Source: Octopus sinensis | Taxonomy: Eukaryota | Assembly: GCF_006345805.1 (NCBI RefSeq) | Contig: NW_021836306.1 | Coordinates: forward strand, 3,243-67,242 | Reading direction: 5' to 3' | Length of the DNA: 64,000 nucleotides | In this document: one piece after another, positions 39,514 to 51,554 of the stretch | Position numbering within the stretch: position 1 is the stretch's first letter | Layout: every line of letters begins with the position of its first letter | The notes under the pieces: generated by a model | Databases searched by the model: none | What the model saw: the letters and a program-made list of their open reading frames with translations, nothing else | What the model was told of the DNA's origin: nothing | Position numbers and translations under genes: made by a program

Positions 39514-39641
39514 GGAGTAAACACATAAATGTGAAACAAGGTGGAAAAAAGAGTACTCAAATACCAGTGGTAGAATAATATGCTTTATTTTAAGCAGCAG
39601 AAAATTCAATTGAATTGAATTTTCTGCTGCTTAAAATAAAG
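39508..39641. repeat. Dispersed repeat fragment ending in a perfect 29-bp-arm palindrome
   Basis: CCGGAGTAAACACATAAATG also at about 22568; palindrome arms 39583-39611 and 39613-39641. Confidence 0.85.
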
Positions 39642-40679
39642 TATATATATATATATATATATAGACAGACAGACAGACAGACAGATAGATAGATAGATAG
39701 ATAGATAGATATATAGTTCCCGTCATTCAAACATACTGTAAATGTGTTAGTACTCTCAATTCAATTAAAATATCTGGTATATTTCCTAACCTAGCAGTTC
39801 GACAATTAGATACAGTTAAAATATTTACCAGACTGAAAAAGTAATACTGCAGTTATCCTAAGGTATTTATTCTGGGTTCAAATCCTGGCAAGGTTTAATA
39901 GCTTCTCGTGTATAATATACTGCTTGAAAATAAAATAATTTTCTGTAGAAGAGTATATTTATGTTTGAAATAGGTCTAATGAATATTTAACAAAGTAAAT
40001 GTGTTACTAAATTGTTAATTAAAATAATTATCACAAGATGACTTACCAAAGTCAATAATTGCGTTTGAATCTCAGCCTGAAGTCTTGGCCTCTGTGTTCA
40101 GTTCGTTCAAAGTGTAGCAAAAATGTAAAAAGAAAAGTCACGAGACAGGAAAAAGTGGGCGTTAACGGTTCGAGTGTGTGTTTAGTGTGTGTGCGTGCGT
40201 AGTGTGTGTGTGTGTGTGTGTGTGTTTAGTGTGTGTAGTGTGTGTGTGTAGTGTGAAACTAGCACACAATCTGTTATGTATTTGATCATGTAGACAAATG
40301 GCAAGTCCTTGACACCAATTATTCTGACAGTGAATGCCAGGAATGTGTGTGTGTGTATGCCCATATATATGCGTGTGTGTGTGTGTGTTTGTGAGTGTGC
40401 TAGGTTTCCGCTAGAGGTACAAAAAGAAACATACTTAAAAGCACACATACGGACACATATATAAACGTACATACATTTATCTATCTGTGCGTAGATAGAT
40501 GCATAATATATATGTATATACTTAATACACACACACACTATATATATCATTATATATATATATATAATATATTTAATGTGTGTGTGTGTGTCTGCCAGGG
40601 TGTATGTATGCCATTTGTGTATGTGTGTATACGCACACACACACACAAATATACACACATATATATAAATAATAGACAC

Positions 40680-40825
40680 AGCGTGGCTCTGTGTTAAGAA
40701 GCTTGGTTCCCACCCGCATGGCTCTGGGTTCAATCCCATTGAAAACAGAGTGTCTTCTACTATCGCTTTAGGTTGACCAAAGCCTTGTCAGTGGATTTGG
40801 TAGATGGAAACTGAAATGAAGCCCG

Positions 40826-40868
<43 letters not shown>

Positions 40869-41035
40869 TCTGTTGATGTGTTTACATTCCTGTAACTTAG
40901 CGGTTTGACAAAATATACCAATAGAAAAACTACCAGGCTTACAAAGAATAAGTCCTGGAATTGCTTTGTTCGATTAAAGGCAGTACTCCAGTCTGGCCAC
41001 AGTCAAATGACTGAAACAAGTAAAAGAATAAAGGG
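40680..41035 (+). mobile_element. CORE-type SINE, diverged
   Basis: Head, (TA)n interior and GAAACAAGTAAAAGAATAAAG tail. Confidence 0.82.
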
Positions 41036-41180
41036 GTATAAATATATGGGTGTGTGTGTGTGTGTGTGTATTTAAACAAAATTATTAATTTTGATAAAAA
41101 TTAACTATAAGGTTTTTATTCCCATACTGGCCACTTGATGTGATCGGTATTTTAAATAACGATCTGAACCTGATATATAA

Positions 41181-41215
<35 letters not shown>

Positions 41216-41524
41216 GAGATTTTACATGTTTTGGTTCTTGATAAAACGAACCTTATCAAAAATACTTTTAAAAGTTAAGTGTAATAAAAAAGTTCATAAT
41301 TGTTTCTTACAAGTCTCAACAGAGTCCACGTTGTGGTGTTTCGTGGGTGGTGGGAGCATAATGGCTGTCTTGTGCGTTGCCTAGATTCGTTGGCTGTAAT
41401 TCGGCCACTGGTTATTTTCACAATTACAGCCAACGAATCTAGTCAACACACAAGTCAGCCACTATGCTCCCCCCACCTACAAATCACCACAACGTGGACT
41501 CTGTTGAGACTAGTAAGAAACAAT

Positions 41525-41900
41525 TACTCTCTTACTTGTTTCAGTCATTTCACTGTGGCCATGCTGGAGCACCGCCTTTAGTCGAGTAAATCGACCGCAG
41601 GACTTATTCTTTGTAAGCCCAGTACTTATTCTATCGATCTCTTTTGCCGAACCTCTAGGTGACGGGGACGTAAACACACCAGCATCGGTTGTCAAGCAAT
41701 GCTAGGGGGACAAACACAGACACACAAACACACACACGCACATACATATATACATATATACGACAGGCTTCTTTCAGTTTCTACCAAATCCACTCACAAG
41801 GCATTGGTCGGCCTGGGGCTATAGCAGAAGACACTTGCCCAAGATGCCACGCAGTGGGACTGAACCCAGAACCATGTGGTTGGTTAGCAAGCTACTTACC
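41525..41900 (-). mobile_element. CORE-type SINE, nearly full length
   Basis: Reverse-complement match to 5675-6108. Confidence 0.9.
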
Positions 41901-42165
41901 AATGAACTTTTTTATTACACTTAACTTTTAAAAATATTTTTGATAAGGTTCGCTTTATCAAGAAGAACCGAAACATGTAAAATCTCTAAGAAAATTAAAA
42001 TCTATCTTATATAGGTGCGTTTTCAAACTTCTTTTTTATAAATATATACCCACTCGTATACCACCTACACTTTATATAAATATATATGTATATATTTGTA
42101 TGTATGTATATATATATATATGTATATATATGTATATGTATATATACATATATATATATACATAC

Positions 42166-42202
<37 letters not shown>

Positions 42203-42203
<1 letters not shown>

Positions 42204-43225
42204 GAGGGGCGTTCAATAAGTAATGCCCCTGATCCACTTCCCATAGCAGTAGAGCAACGAAACTTGGAACAGTTATTAGTCTTTTTCTACATAGGAACAA
42301 CCCAGAGTTACGCATTTCTCCCATCGTTTGATGCAGCTCTGAAGACCGTTTTTGTAGAAGACACTAGCTTGGTCCTCCAACCACGACGTGACTTCAGAAA
42401 TCAAGGCTGCATCATCTGGGAAACGCTTTCCTTTCAAAAACAACTTCATGGCTGGGAAGAGGTGAAAATCAGAGGGTGCAAGGTCTGGAGGGTAGGGGGA
42501 TGGGGGAAGAGTTCATAGCCGCACGCCTGTGCTTCTGATCTGGCGACACGCGAGTTGTGGACCGGAGCGTTGTCCTGCAAGAGGAGGATGCCTTTGCTGA
42601 TCTTGCCCCGCCTTTTGGTTTTGATAGCTTCTCTTAATTTCCTCAAAAGTGAAGCATGATAGGCTCCTGTAATTGTGGTACCCTTTGCCAGGAAATCGGT
42701 CATCACTACTCCGTCCTGGTCCCAGAAGACTGTGAGCATGACCTTGCTAGCGGAGGGCTGCACCCTTGCCTTCTTTGGAGGAGGTGAGTCATGGTGCTTC
42801 CACTGCATTGACTGGGCTTTGGTCTCTGGATCATAGTGATGGACCCAGGTCTCATCCTGTGTAATCAGTCTTTTGAAAAATTTTGACTCATCTTCTTGGC
42901 ACATCCCTAAATTCATCCTCGAGCACTCGACGCGTTCTTGCTTCTGGAAAAGTGTGAGCAACCTGGGAATCCATCTGGCAGACACCTTTTGCGTATGCAA
43001 ATGGTCATGAATGATAGTTTCCACAGACCCGGTACTAATCTTGACCTCATGGGCTATTTGGCGAATAGTTATGCGTCGATCTTTCAAAATGGCAGCCTCA
43101 ACTTGACAGACAGATGCCTCATCAATGGCAGAAAGGGTGCGACCAGATCTGGGAGCTGTTTCCACAGAGTTCCGACCATGTTTGAATTCACGATGCCAGC
43201 ATTTTACAAGGTCATATGATGCTCT
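42203..43225 (-). mobile_element. Mariner (DD34D) transposon remnant, one TIR retained, transposase N-terminus missing
   Basis: TA|CGAGGGGCGTTCAATAAG TIR; ITQDETWVH, LLQDNAPVH and frameshifted [11 protein letters not shown]; stop at 42276-42278. Confidence 0.93.
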
Positions 43226-43289
43226 GGTTGTGGTTGATTTTGTTGTTGCTGCTGTTGCTGTTCCGCCTCCTCCACGGGAGTGGCATGGG

Positions 43290-43595
43290 GGAGACACAAT
43301 CGTCGGTTGTGGAGGCATGCAGGCCTGACACTGAAAAGTCCAAGATTTAAGCTGGACCATCTTCCAGAGTCCATCCATCATAGCATTATGATGGCTCTTT
43401 TTTTTGGCCTGGGATCTTCTGAAAGTCCGTGGCACATTGGAGTCAGACAGAGACGAGACATGTCCCACATTCGACCCAGCGATTACGGAACGTATTTTCG
43501 GGTTCCGTACAGATGTGGCAGGTGTGATTTTCTGGGCAGTGTTCTATTTTGGAGCAGCGACCAGTCTTATCGCACGCCGCTATGGATTCCACCAT
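43290..43595 (-). pseudogene. Decayed PHD-finger-like coding segment abutting the mariner
   Basis: GCC ATG G at 43595: ...TCHICTEPENTFRNRWVECGTCLVSV*LQCA..., then WTFQCQAC after a 1-nt shift in an A8 run. Confidence 0.4.
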
Positions 43596-43862
43596 GGCGA
43601 TTTTGTTGCTTCTGCTCATCCGTGGAGACAGAAAATGTAAACAACAATACGATAAAAGTAAAATGTTTGTTTTTGATTCGTTCTTTTTTTGTGTATATTC
43701 CTTTTTTTCTTAAATATTGCGTGTGTATATATAAAGGGATTTGTGCGTATCTTTAGTGTAGACACGGAGAGAGTTTGTAAACAGAAATGAAATCAGTGAT
43801 TTTTTATTTTTTGCAGTGTAGTCCGTCACATTAAATAGTGTGATTTATTTTCACTCTGCACG

Positions 43863-43902
<40 letters not shown>

Positions 43903-44238
43903 CTACAAGTATCTATGTATGTATGTATGTTGCTGCTTTATAAATTTTGGATGTACTTAATGTCGTTCAACGTTTTCTTTTACCCTCAACTACACGTGGT
44001 GAATTCTTCCATTGTAGATCTGTGGTGGTTATCTTCGTAATATTTTCTCTTTAGTTTCTTTGCCAAATTGATTATACCCTAATCAAACCATTTGTTTGTC
44101 TACTTGTGAATGTGTCTTTGTTTTTATAACATTGTATTTTCCTCCTTTTCCTTTTTCATTCCCATATTATATGGAACTTCGGTGGACAGCTACTCTAAGA
44201 CTCCAGTTGCCAGCTCGCCATCTAGAGGAAACTGATGA

Positions 44239-44310
<72 letters not shown>

Positions 44311-44984
44311 TAACAAAGCAAAACAGATTTCAACAAAAGACAAAATTTCCTGTAAAACTCAAATCTGACAAGTTCCAATGAATGAGATGAAAACACTAAT
44401 AACGAATTATCCAAAATTCTCACAAACTCCCATTTTTAAAGCATAAAATCTGTACATCACTACAAACAGTCTATCTATTTATCTATCGATGTATCTATCT
44501 GTCTATCTACCTATCGATATATCTATCTGTCTCTCTCTCTATCCATCCATCTGTCTGTCTGTGTGTGTGTATATATGCTGTCTTGACCGAGCTAATTTTC
44601 TGTTAATGGTATATGAATGGTTATCTCCCTTTAGTTGAATGTCTCTGCGTTACTCCATCCGTGTGCGTAGTTAGGTGGGTAGGTATGTGTATACAGGGGT
44701 TGATGAAAAGTACCCGGCATGACCACTGCTGCAGAGGACTGGCTGGAGACCGAACCAGCTGTGTTCTTTTTCCCAGGGCTAAGAAAAACTGAAGGGCCAC
44801 TGCAACAAGTGTGTGAATGTGAGAGGGGAGAATATGTTGAATAGAATGCTAATGAAGTGATTCGTCTCTATTTTGTTTTACCTGAAGCCAGAAACATTTC
44901 AATACTCCCTCGTCTGTAGACACACATACACACACACACGCATGTACACATACACAAACGCATACATATACACGCACATGACAG

Positions 44985-46520
44985 GTGGACCCTTTCAGGC
45001 TGACCCGAACAGTGTTGGGACATGGGAGGACCAAATCAGGGAAATGGACCAGCTCCAGAGAAGAGGTAGAAGCTTTTCTGGGTGGAGGGGGAGAGATCTA
45101 CAACCATAACCTCAGAAATCAAGCTCCTAATGTTAACCCAAAAGTCTGTAGAACTGAAATACCAGGAAATGAGTTCAACGTCAGTTGTCCATTCTGGAAA
45201 GAAGTGGGACGAGTGGTTGTGAAAGGGGCCAGATCAGGATCAGCTCCTGTCCAAGTGGTGTACCTTATAAAGTATACAAGAAATGCCCATGGCTCCTTCA
45301 GAGGCTGTGGACACTATTCTGAATGATCTGGACAAATGGTATCATTCCACCGAAAGGAAGTTTTGTGCTGCCAAAGGAAGAAAACTCATCAGCCATTAAC
45401 AAATTCAGGACCATTCTCCTTCCTGAGTGTTGAGGGAAAAACCTTCTGTACTGACCAAAAAAGGGTGACCTCATACAATGAGTATATAAACACCTCTATC
45501 CAGAAAGGTAGGGGTCTCAGGTTTCTCGGGCTGTCTGGAACACAACCAGCTGATTCGGGAGGCCAAAAGAAGTAAAGGTGACATGAAAGTGGTTTGGCTG
45601 GGTCTGGAAAATGCATTTGGATCAATTCCTCACAGCCTCATATATGCAGCCCTTGACTGTTACCATATTCCTCACCTGTTGAGGGAATAATCAGCAATCA
45701 CTTTGGAGGCATCGAGTTATGTTTCAGAACAGCCCACTTCACAAGTCAGTGGCAAGACCTTGAGAAAGGATTCATAACTGGTTGCACAATCTCCCTCATT
45801 CTTTTCATCATGGCTATGAATCTCCTCGTGTCAGCTGCTGAAAATGAAGGCCAAGGACCAACAATGGAATCAGGCAGCTGTCAGCAGCCAATAAGGGGTT
45901 TCATGGATGATATCACGGTAACAACTACAACCCATGTGGAGGCAGAAATGGTGCTGACCTCATTTGAACACATGGTAATATTCGTTAGAAAGAAGTTTAG
46001 GCCTCCCAAATATAGGGGTATGGTAACCAGAGGAGGTAAAGTAACAAACAAAATTAAGCTACAAGTGCAAGGAGAAGCCATACCATCAACAGAGGAAAAT
46101 CTGATTAAATGTCTTGGAAAGATGTTTGAGAAGTCGCTCTGTCAGAAGCAATGTCGCCAATTCTGTGAAGCAAGCAGAAGAGTGGCTGAGGAGGACTGAA
46201 AGATAAGGGTTTCCAGAAAAATACAGGGCATGGCTCTACCGACATGGTCTAGGGTGGAAAGGAAGGTAAATACCTCCAAAGATGGCAAGATGTTCCCTCA
46301 AGCTTCACTTCAATAGGTCTGTATATAAGATCTGAACAATCACAACTTCCCCTGTCATCTGTCGTGGAGGAATTCAAAGTAGTAAAATGTCATGTTGTAA
46401 TGATGTTCAGGGAGTTGAAGAATGAGCTTGTCAGACATGCAAATATTACGACAAGATCTGGGTGAAAGTGGGTAGCTAGCACTATGAAATCTGGCAGTAT
46501 GTATAATACTACTGCTGGGT
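44985..46520 (+). mobile_element. Decayed R2-group (HERO/NeSL-like) non-LTR reverse transcriptase
   Basis: Fragmented PYKVYKKCP, LLSVEGK, NAFGSIPH, TGCTIS, PIRGFMDDIT, IKCLGK motifs across frames. Confidence 0.75.
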
Positions 46521-46775
46521 GGCACTGGGTAAAATCTGAAAGTGGATGAGCTTCATACTGTTCTCTACTACGTCCCTAACAGAATATACCATAACTAAAG
46601 ATACATATATATATATATACACACACATTATTTACAATGCCCGATAGAGCTCCTACAGAAAATTTGTCTCTTAGGGAGAGCAAGGATTATCAGGAGGGTC
46701 CTAAACTCTTGAAAGACTGCTGAAAACTTGAGGATACCTAAGGTCACAGGTAGTAACCATAGTAACCATAGCATA

Positions 46776-47820
46776 TCATAAAAACCCATGTAATTTATGC
46801 ACTTTTTTCTCGCAAAAATGAAAATAAATTTTAGGGGCTGCATGAATTACATGAGTAGATTGTTTCCAGAATTCATTTTGAAATTTCTTTTATTGGAAAA
46901 AGATGTACGAAACGTAAACATTTGTTCCGGAAGTTGACTCATTTAATGTCAGAATAGTTTTTTACAGAGAAAATAATGGCTTAAATACGCATAATGAAGT
47001 TGACTTCTGTTTATGCTGGACGGTATAATGCTTACTTTTTCTGTATAAATTTACTAAAACCATTAAATGGTTAACTAGTTTTTGAAGTCTGACGTTCATG
47101 CTGGTAAACACGGTCCGGGCCATATTTTACATTGCTTGGAGCTTCTATCTATCGCAATGGAGCACATATTTAATTTCTCCTTTGCAGCAAACGATTCATA
47201 AGTTCTGCCCATACTGACAATAAAAGTAATGACAAATGTTTAAGTTTGCTTGACATTTTATAAGTGTGAAAGGGATTAAAATTTCGATCCTCCATATCAA
47301 AGGTTCTGACTAGACTCTGCAGAAAAGAATTCTGTTTCCATCATCAGTTTGATTGGTCACCTTCCTTTGTCGGTTGAGTAAAGTGTCATCCAAGCTGATG
47401 TTTATTGCTAATTAAACTTAATTTGCAACACTTTATCCGCTTTGTTTTTGTTGATAATTCTTATCAAAAACTTTTCCTGTGATCCTGATTTGAGAAGACA
47501 TACAAAAGTATGCTAAAGATCGGACATAATCTCTCGTGGCCAAGAAATGTAAAATAAAGTTTATTATAAACAACACAAATACTTTGTAATTTAACAGATT
47601 TCAATGTGATACCTGTTAATTAGAAATTATTCTTATTTAAAGAAAATTTAATATAATCTAATCATAAGTGAAATTATGCTAAATACAACTAAATTGAAAA
47701 CCTTTTACCCCTGGCCATATTGGTAATTCTGAAAACTTTGGGTGCTTTTTTTAACAATTTTTATCCTGGAAATCACCTGCATAAATTACACAGGTGCGCA
47801 AATTACATGGGTTTTTACAG
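46776..47820. mobile_element. Tc1/mariner-type MITE (1,045 bp), TA TSD
   Basis: TA|TCATAAAAACCCATGTAATTTATGCAC ... GTGCGCAAATTACATGGGTTTTTACAG|TA. Confidence 0.78.
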
Positions 47821-47849
47821 TAATAATTTTACCTTGTCCTTACCCTTAG

Positions 47850-48390
47850 TGCAAGTTTTGAAGAGTGCAGTTCATTTTTAACAGCTATTTTTTCAAAGTT
47901 ATAATGGAAGTGACAAAGGAGCATATTCGGCATATTTTGTTTTATGAGTTCAATCAAGGCAACAACACAACGGAAAATGCGAGGAATATTAATGCAGTGT
48001 ATGGGGATTGGACAATAAGTGTAAGCCAGTGTCAACGGTGGTTCCAGAAATTCCGAGTCAGAAACTATAGCCTAGAAGACGAGTTTTGTCCTGGAAGATC
48101 TGTAGAGCTTGATGAGGACATCCTGCAAACCCTAGTGGAACAAAATCCCATTGTAACTGTTGAGGAGCTAGCAGAAACTTGGATTTAGTTACTCAACCAT
48201 TCATCAACACCTGCGTGCCATTGAAAAAGTCAACAAATAGAGTCAATGGGTTCCTCACAAATTTTCCAAGTCTAATTGCACGCAGTGAGTGAATGTGTGC
48301 TCTTCTTTGCTGTCACATCTCACGAACGAACCATTTTTGGACTGAATAGTGACTGGAGATGAGAAATGGGTTCTCTATAAAAATGTATAT
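47850..48390 (+). mobile_element. Mariner transposase remnant (N-terminal HTH to first catalytic Asp)
   Basis: MEVTKEHIRHILFYEF...RWFQKFR...TVEELA, then WVPH and IVTGDEKWVLY with stops. Confidence 0.9.
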
Positions 48391-48552
48391 AAAATAATGC
48401 CAAATCTGCGAAATCCATAGTTTACTGATTGGATCAACATATGATTTGATCCGATGTTCTACATGTAAAAAGGACACAAAAATAATTTAAGAATAAACCA
48501 GCTTTATTTAGATTTCATAATGTCTTCAGAGAGAAATGATGTAAAAAGTAAA

Positions 48553-49337
48553 GATTATAGGCCACACAGTCAAGAAGATAAGTGATTGAGAAGACAGAGG
48601 GACAGATTCAGAGATAGAAAGACAGACAGGCTCTGACATACAGACAGATGGCTACAGTAGGCAGGAGAGGGACAACACAAGCAACATGATGTTGGAAAAT
48701 TTGCAGGAACAGGTGGGGAAGAGTGGGGCAGGCATGATGGAATACATACAAGCGTAGTGAATTTTATTAGAAACTAGAATGACCTGACATTTATTGATGT
48801 AAATTATAGGCCACGCAGTCAAGACGATATATAATTGAGAAGGCAGAAAGACAGACAGACACTGACAAATAGATTCTCAGATCGGACTGAGACAAACAGA
48901 CTGAGGGAGAGATAGAGAAACTGAGAGAAGAGTAGTAAAGCTGTGACAGCTGAATTGAGAAGAGGAGGGAAGGATCATGAGGAATCTCATGGAAAGAGAT
49001 AAACATAGGGGTGATGAGGTGTTAGAGTTGACCTTCAAAGTACAAGAATGAGTGGAGCAGAGGGAAGAAAAGTGTGGGACAGTTGGTGGAGGGGTGGGCG
49101 ATTGTGGAAGGGTGAAGATATGGCAAGTAGACAACCTGCAATGATGCAAGACACATAGGGGAGTAGGAAGTGACTGAGAATTCAAAGCAGCAGAAGAGTA
49201 ATGATGACACAGTAGACAAGAGAGGGATGACAGAAGCGACATGATGTTGGATAATTTACAGGAACAGGTGGGGAAGAGTGGGGCAGGCATGATGGAATAC
49301 ATACAAGCGTAGTGAATAAAGGATTTTTATTAGAAAT
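48553..49337. repeat. Local duplication carrying two minus-strand AATAAA signals
   Basis: GGAACAGGTGGGGAAGAGTGGGGCAGGCATGATGGAATACATACAAGCGTAGTGAA occurs twice; TTTATT at 48763 and 49326. Confidence 0.75.
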
Positions 49338-49699
49338 ACTACAGCAGTAAGTTACCACAATTATGTCGACACAGTAGTAGTTATATGTAAAATAATAGCA
49401 TTATATTTTGTTTCCTTTGAGAATGCATTGATGATTATATAAGTTATCATAGAATGAACTGTGACAAACACTGCATCTTGGTTTTACAGCACATGTATGG
49501 CATGCCCTGCCTATGGAATGTAAAAGGTGATTAAACGGCTGGCATCAGGAAAAGCATTTAGCTTTAAAAGATTATTTCAAAATGGGGAAACAAAATGAGA
49601 TGAGTGATTAGGAAGAGTCGAGGGTAGATATTGCTTCAGCGAATAAAAAAATTGTCTTGAGAGGTTTATCATTGTGTGAGGTAACGAATTTGGACCAAT

Positions 49700-50600
49700 A
49701 ATACAGTTGTACTTCCTAAGTGAATAGCTAAATGGGGAGATAATTCCATTTTGTCAGGGAATGATTTCTCAGAGACATCACAATGCTGTGACTTTCCTCC
49801 TGTCTGAACACATTTGTGAGAATGTAAAACGTTTGCTTGAGAAAAGGATACAGCACAGATGTCACAGTGATATGGTTTATCTCCCATATGAATGCATATA
49901 TGAGTAGTTAAATGAAACCTTCACGTGAATGATTTACCACGGATATCACAGCTATATTGATTTCTTGTATGAATATGTTTGTAACTAAGGTATTTAAATT
50001 ACAGAATGATATACCACAGATATCACAATGGTATGGCCTCCTTTGTGTATGAATATGTTTGTGTCTATTCAAAGCACCAGTTATATAGAATGATTTACTA
50101 CCGATATCACAATGGTATGGCCTCCTTTGTGTATGAATATGTTTGTGTCTATTCAAGGCACCAGTTATATAGAATGATTTACTACCGATATCACAATGGT
50201 ATGGCCTCCTTTGTGTATGAATATGTTTGTGTCTATTCAAGGCACCAGTTATATAGAATGATTTACTACCGATATCACAATGGTATGGCCTCCTTTGTGT
50301 ATGAATATGTTTGTGTCTATTCAAAGCACCAGTTATATAGAATGATTTACTACCGATATCACAATGGTATGGCCTCCTTTGTGTATGAATATGTTTGTGT
50401 CTATTCAAAGCACCAGTTATATAGAATGATTTACAATGGATATCACAGTGATATGACTTTCTCATGTATGAACACATTTGTGTTTAGTAAAGTCAGTTGA
50501 GAGAAGGATTCACTACAGATATCAGTCATAAAAGCTTCTCTGTATGAATGTGCTTAGATTTAGTTAAATGAGTATTTTCAGAAAAATATCCAACACACTG
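49700..50600 (-). pseudogene. Degenerate zinc-finger tail downstream of the ZNF-D stop, including an 84-bp x5 array
   Basis: HCDIGSKSFYITGALNRHKHIHTQRRPY repeats lack the second Cys; frameshifts and stops on both sides. Confidence 0.85.
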
Positions 50601-50606
50601 ATATAG

Positions 50607-51554
50607 TTAATCCCCTGTATGGGTCCGTTTGTGTTTAGTTAAGTTACCAGACTGTGAGAATGATTTACCACAGACATCACAGTGATATGGCTTCAGACCC
50701 ATATGAATACGTTTATGATTAGTGAGACCATCATTCCTAGAGAATGATTTACTGCAGATGTCACAGTGATATGGTTTCTCTCCTGTATGAGTACGTTTAT
50801 GTTTAGTCAAGTGACCAGATTCAGAAAAATATTTACCACAGATATCACAGTGATATGGTCTTTCTCCTGTATGAGTACGTTTGTGGTAAGTCAAGTGAAC
50901 AGATTCAGAGAATGATTTACCACAGATATCACAATGATGTGGTTTCTCTCCTGTGTGAACACGTTTCTGACTAGTGACACCATCATTCCTAGAGAATGAT
51001 TCACCACAGATGTCACACTGATATGGTTTCTCACCTGTATGAATACAGATGTGCCTGGTTAAGTTGTGAGTATCAGTGAATGATTTACCACAGATATCAC
51101 AGTGATAAGGATTCTCACGTGCATGAATACATTTATGCGTAGTCAAGAGACTACTTCTAGAGAATGATTTACCACAAATATCACAGTGATATGGTTTCTC
51201 TCCTGTATGAGTACGTTTATGGTTACTTAAGTGACCAAATTCTGAGAATGATTTACCACAGATATCACAATGATATGGCTTCTCTCCTGTATGAGTACGT
51301 TTATGTCTAGTGAGACCATCATTTTTAGAGAATGATTTACCACAGATGTCACACTGATATGCTTTTTCTCCTGTGTGAATACGTATGTGGACAGTTAAAC
51401 TAAACCTTTTAGAGAATGATTCCCCACAAATATCACAGGGATATGGTTTCTCACCTCTATTAATACATTTGTGTTTAATAAGGTTACTTTCCAGAGAAAA
51501 TGGTTTCTTACACACACCACAATGGTATGACGATTTTTCAGTCACTTTCTGCAT
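50607..51554 (-). CDS. C2H2 zinc-finger protein ZNF-D, 315 aa, 11 fingers (two degenerate)
   Basis: Intact ORF from ATG 51554; acceptor TCTCTCTTATTTCAG near 51935. Confidence 0.92.
   Translation of the reverse strand: MQKVTEKSSYHCGVCKKPFSLESNLIKHKCINRGEKPYPCDICGESFSKRFSLTVHIRIHTGEKAYQCDICGKSFSKNDGLTRHKRTHTGEKPYHCDICGKSFSEFGHLSNHKRTHTGEKPYHCDICGKSFSRSSLLTTHKCIHARENPYHCDICGKSFTDTHNLTRHICIHTGEKPYQCDICGESFSRNDGVTSQKRVHTGEKPHHCDICGKSFSESVHLTYHKRTHTGERPYHCDICGKYFSESGHLTKHKRTHTGEKPYHCDICSKSFSRNDGLTNHKRIHMGLKPYHCDVCGKSFSQSGNLTKHKRTHTGD

Noticed and set aside
42446-43468. 340-aa ORF as an intact mariner transposase
   Set aside because: N-terminal about 80 aa are not transposase, and a frameshift removes the third catalytic Asp motif from the frame
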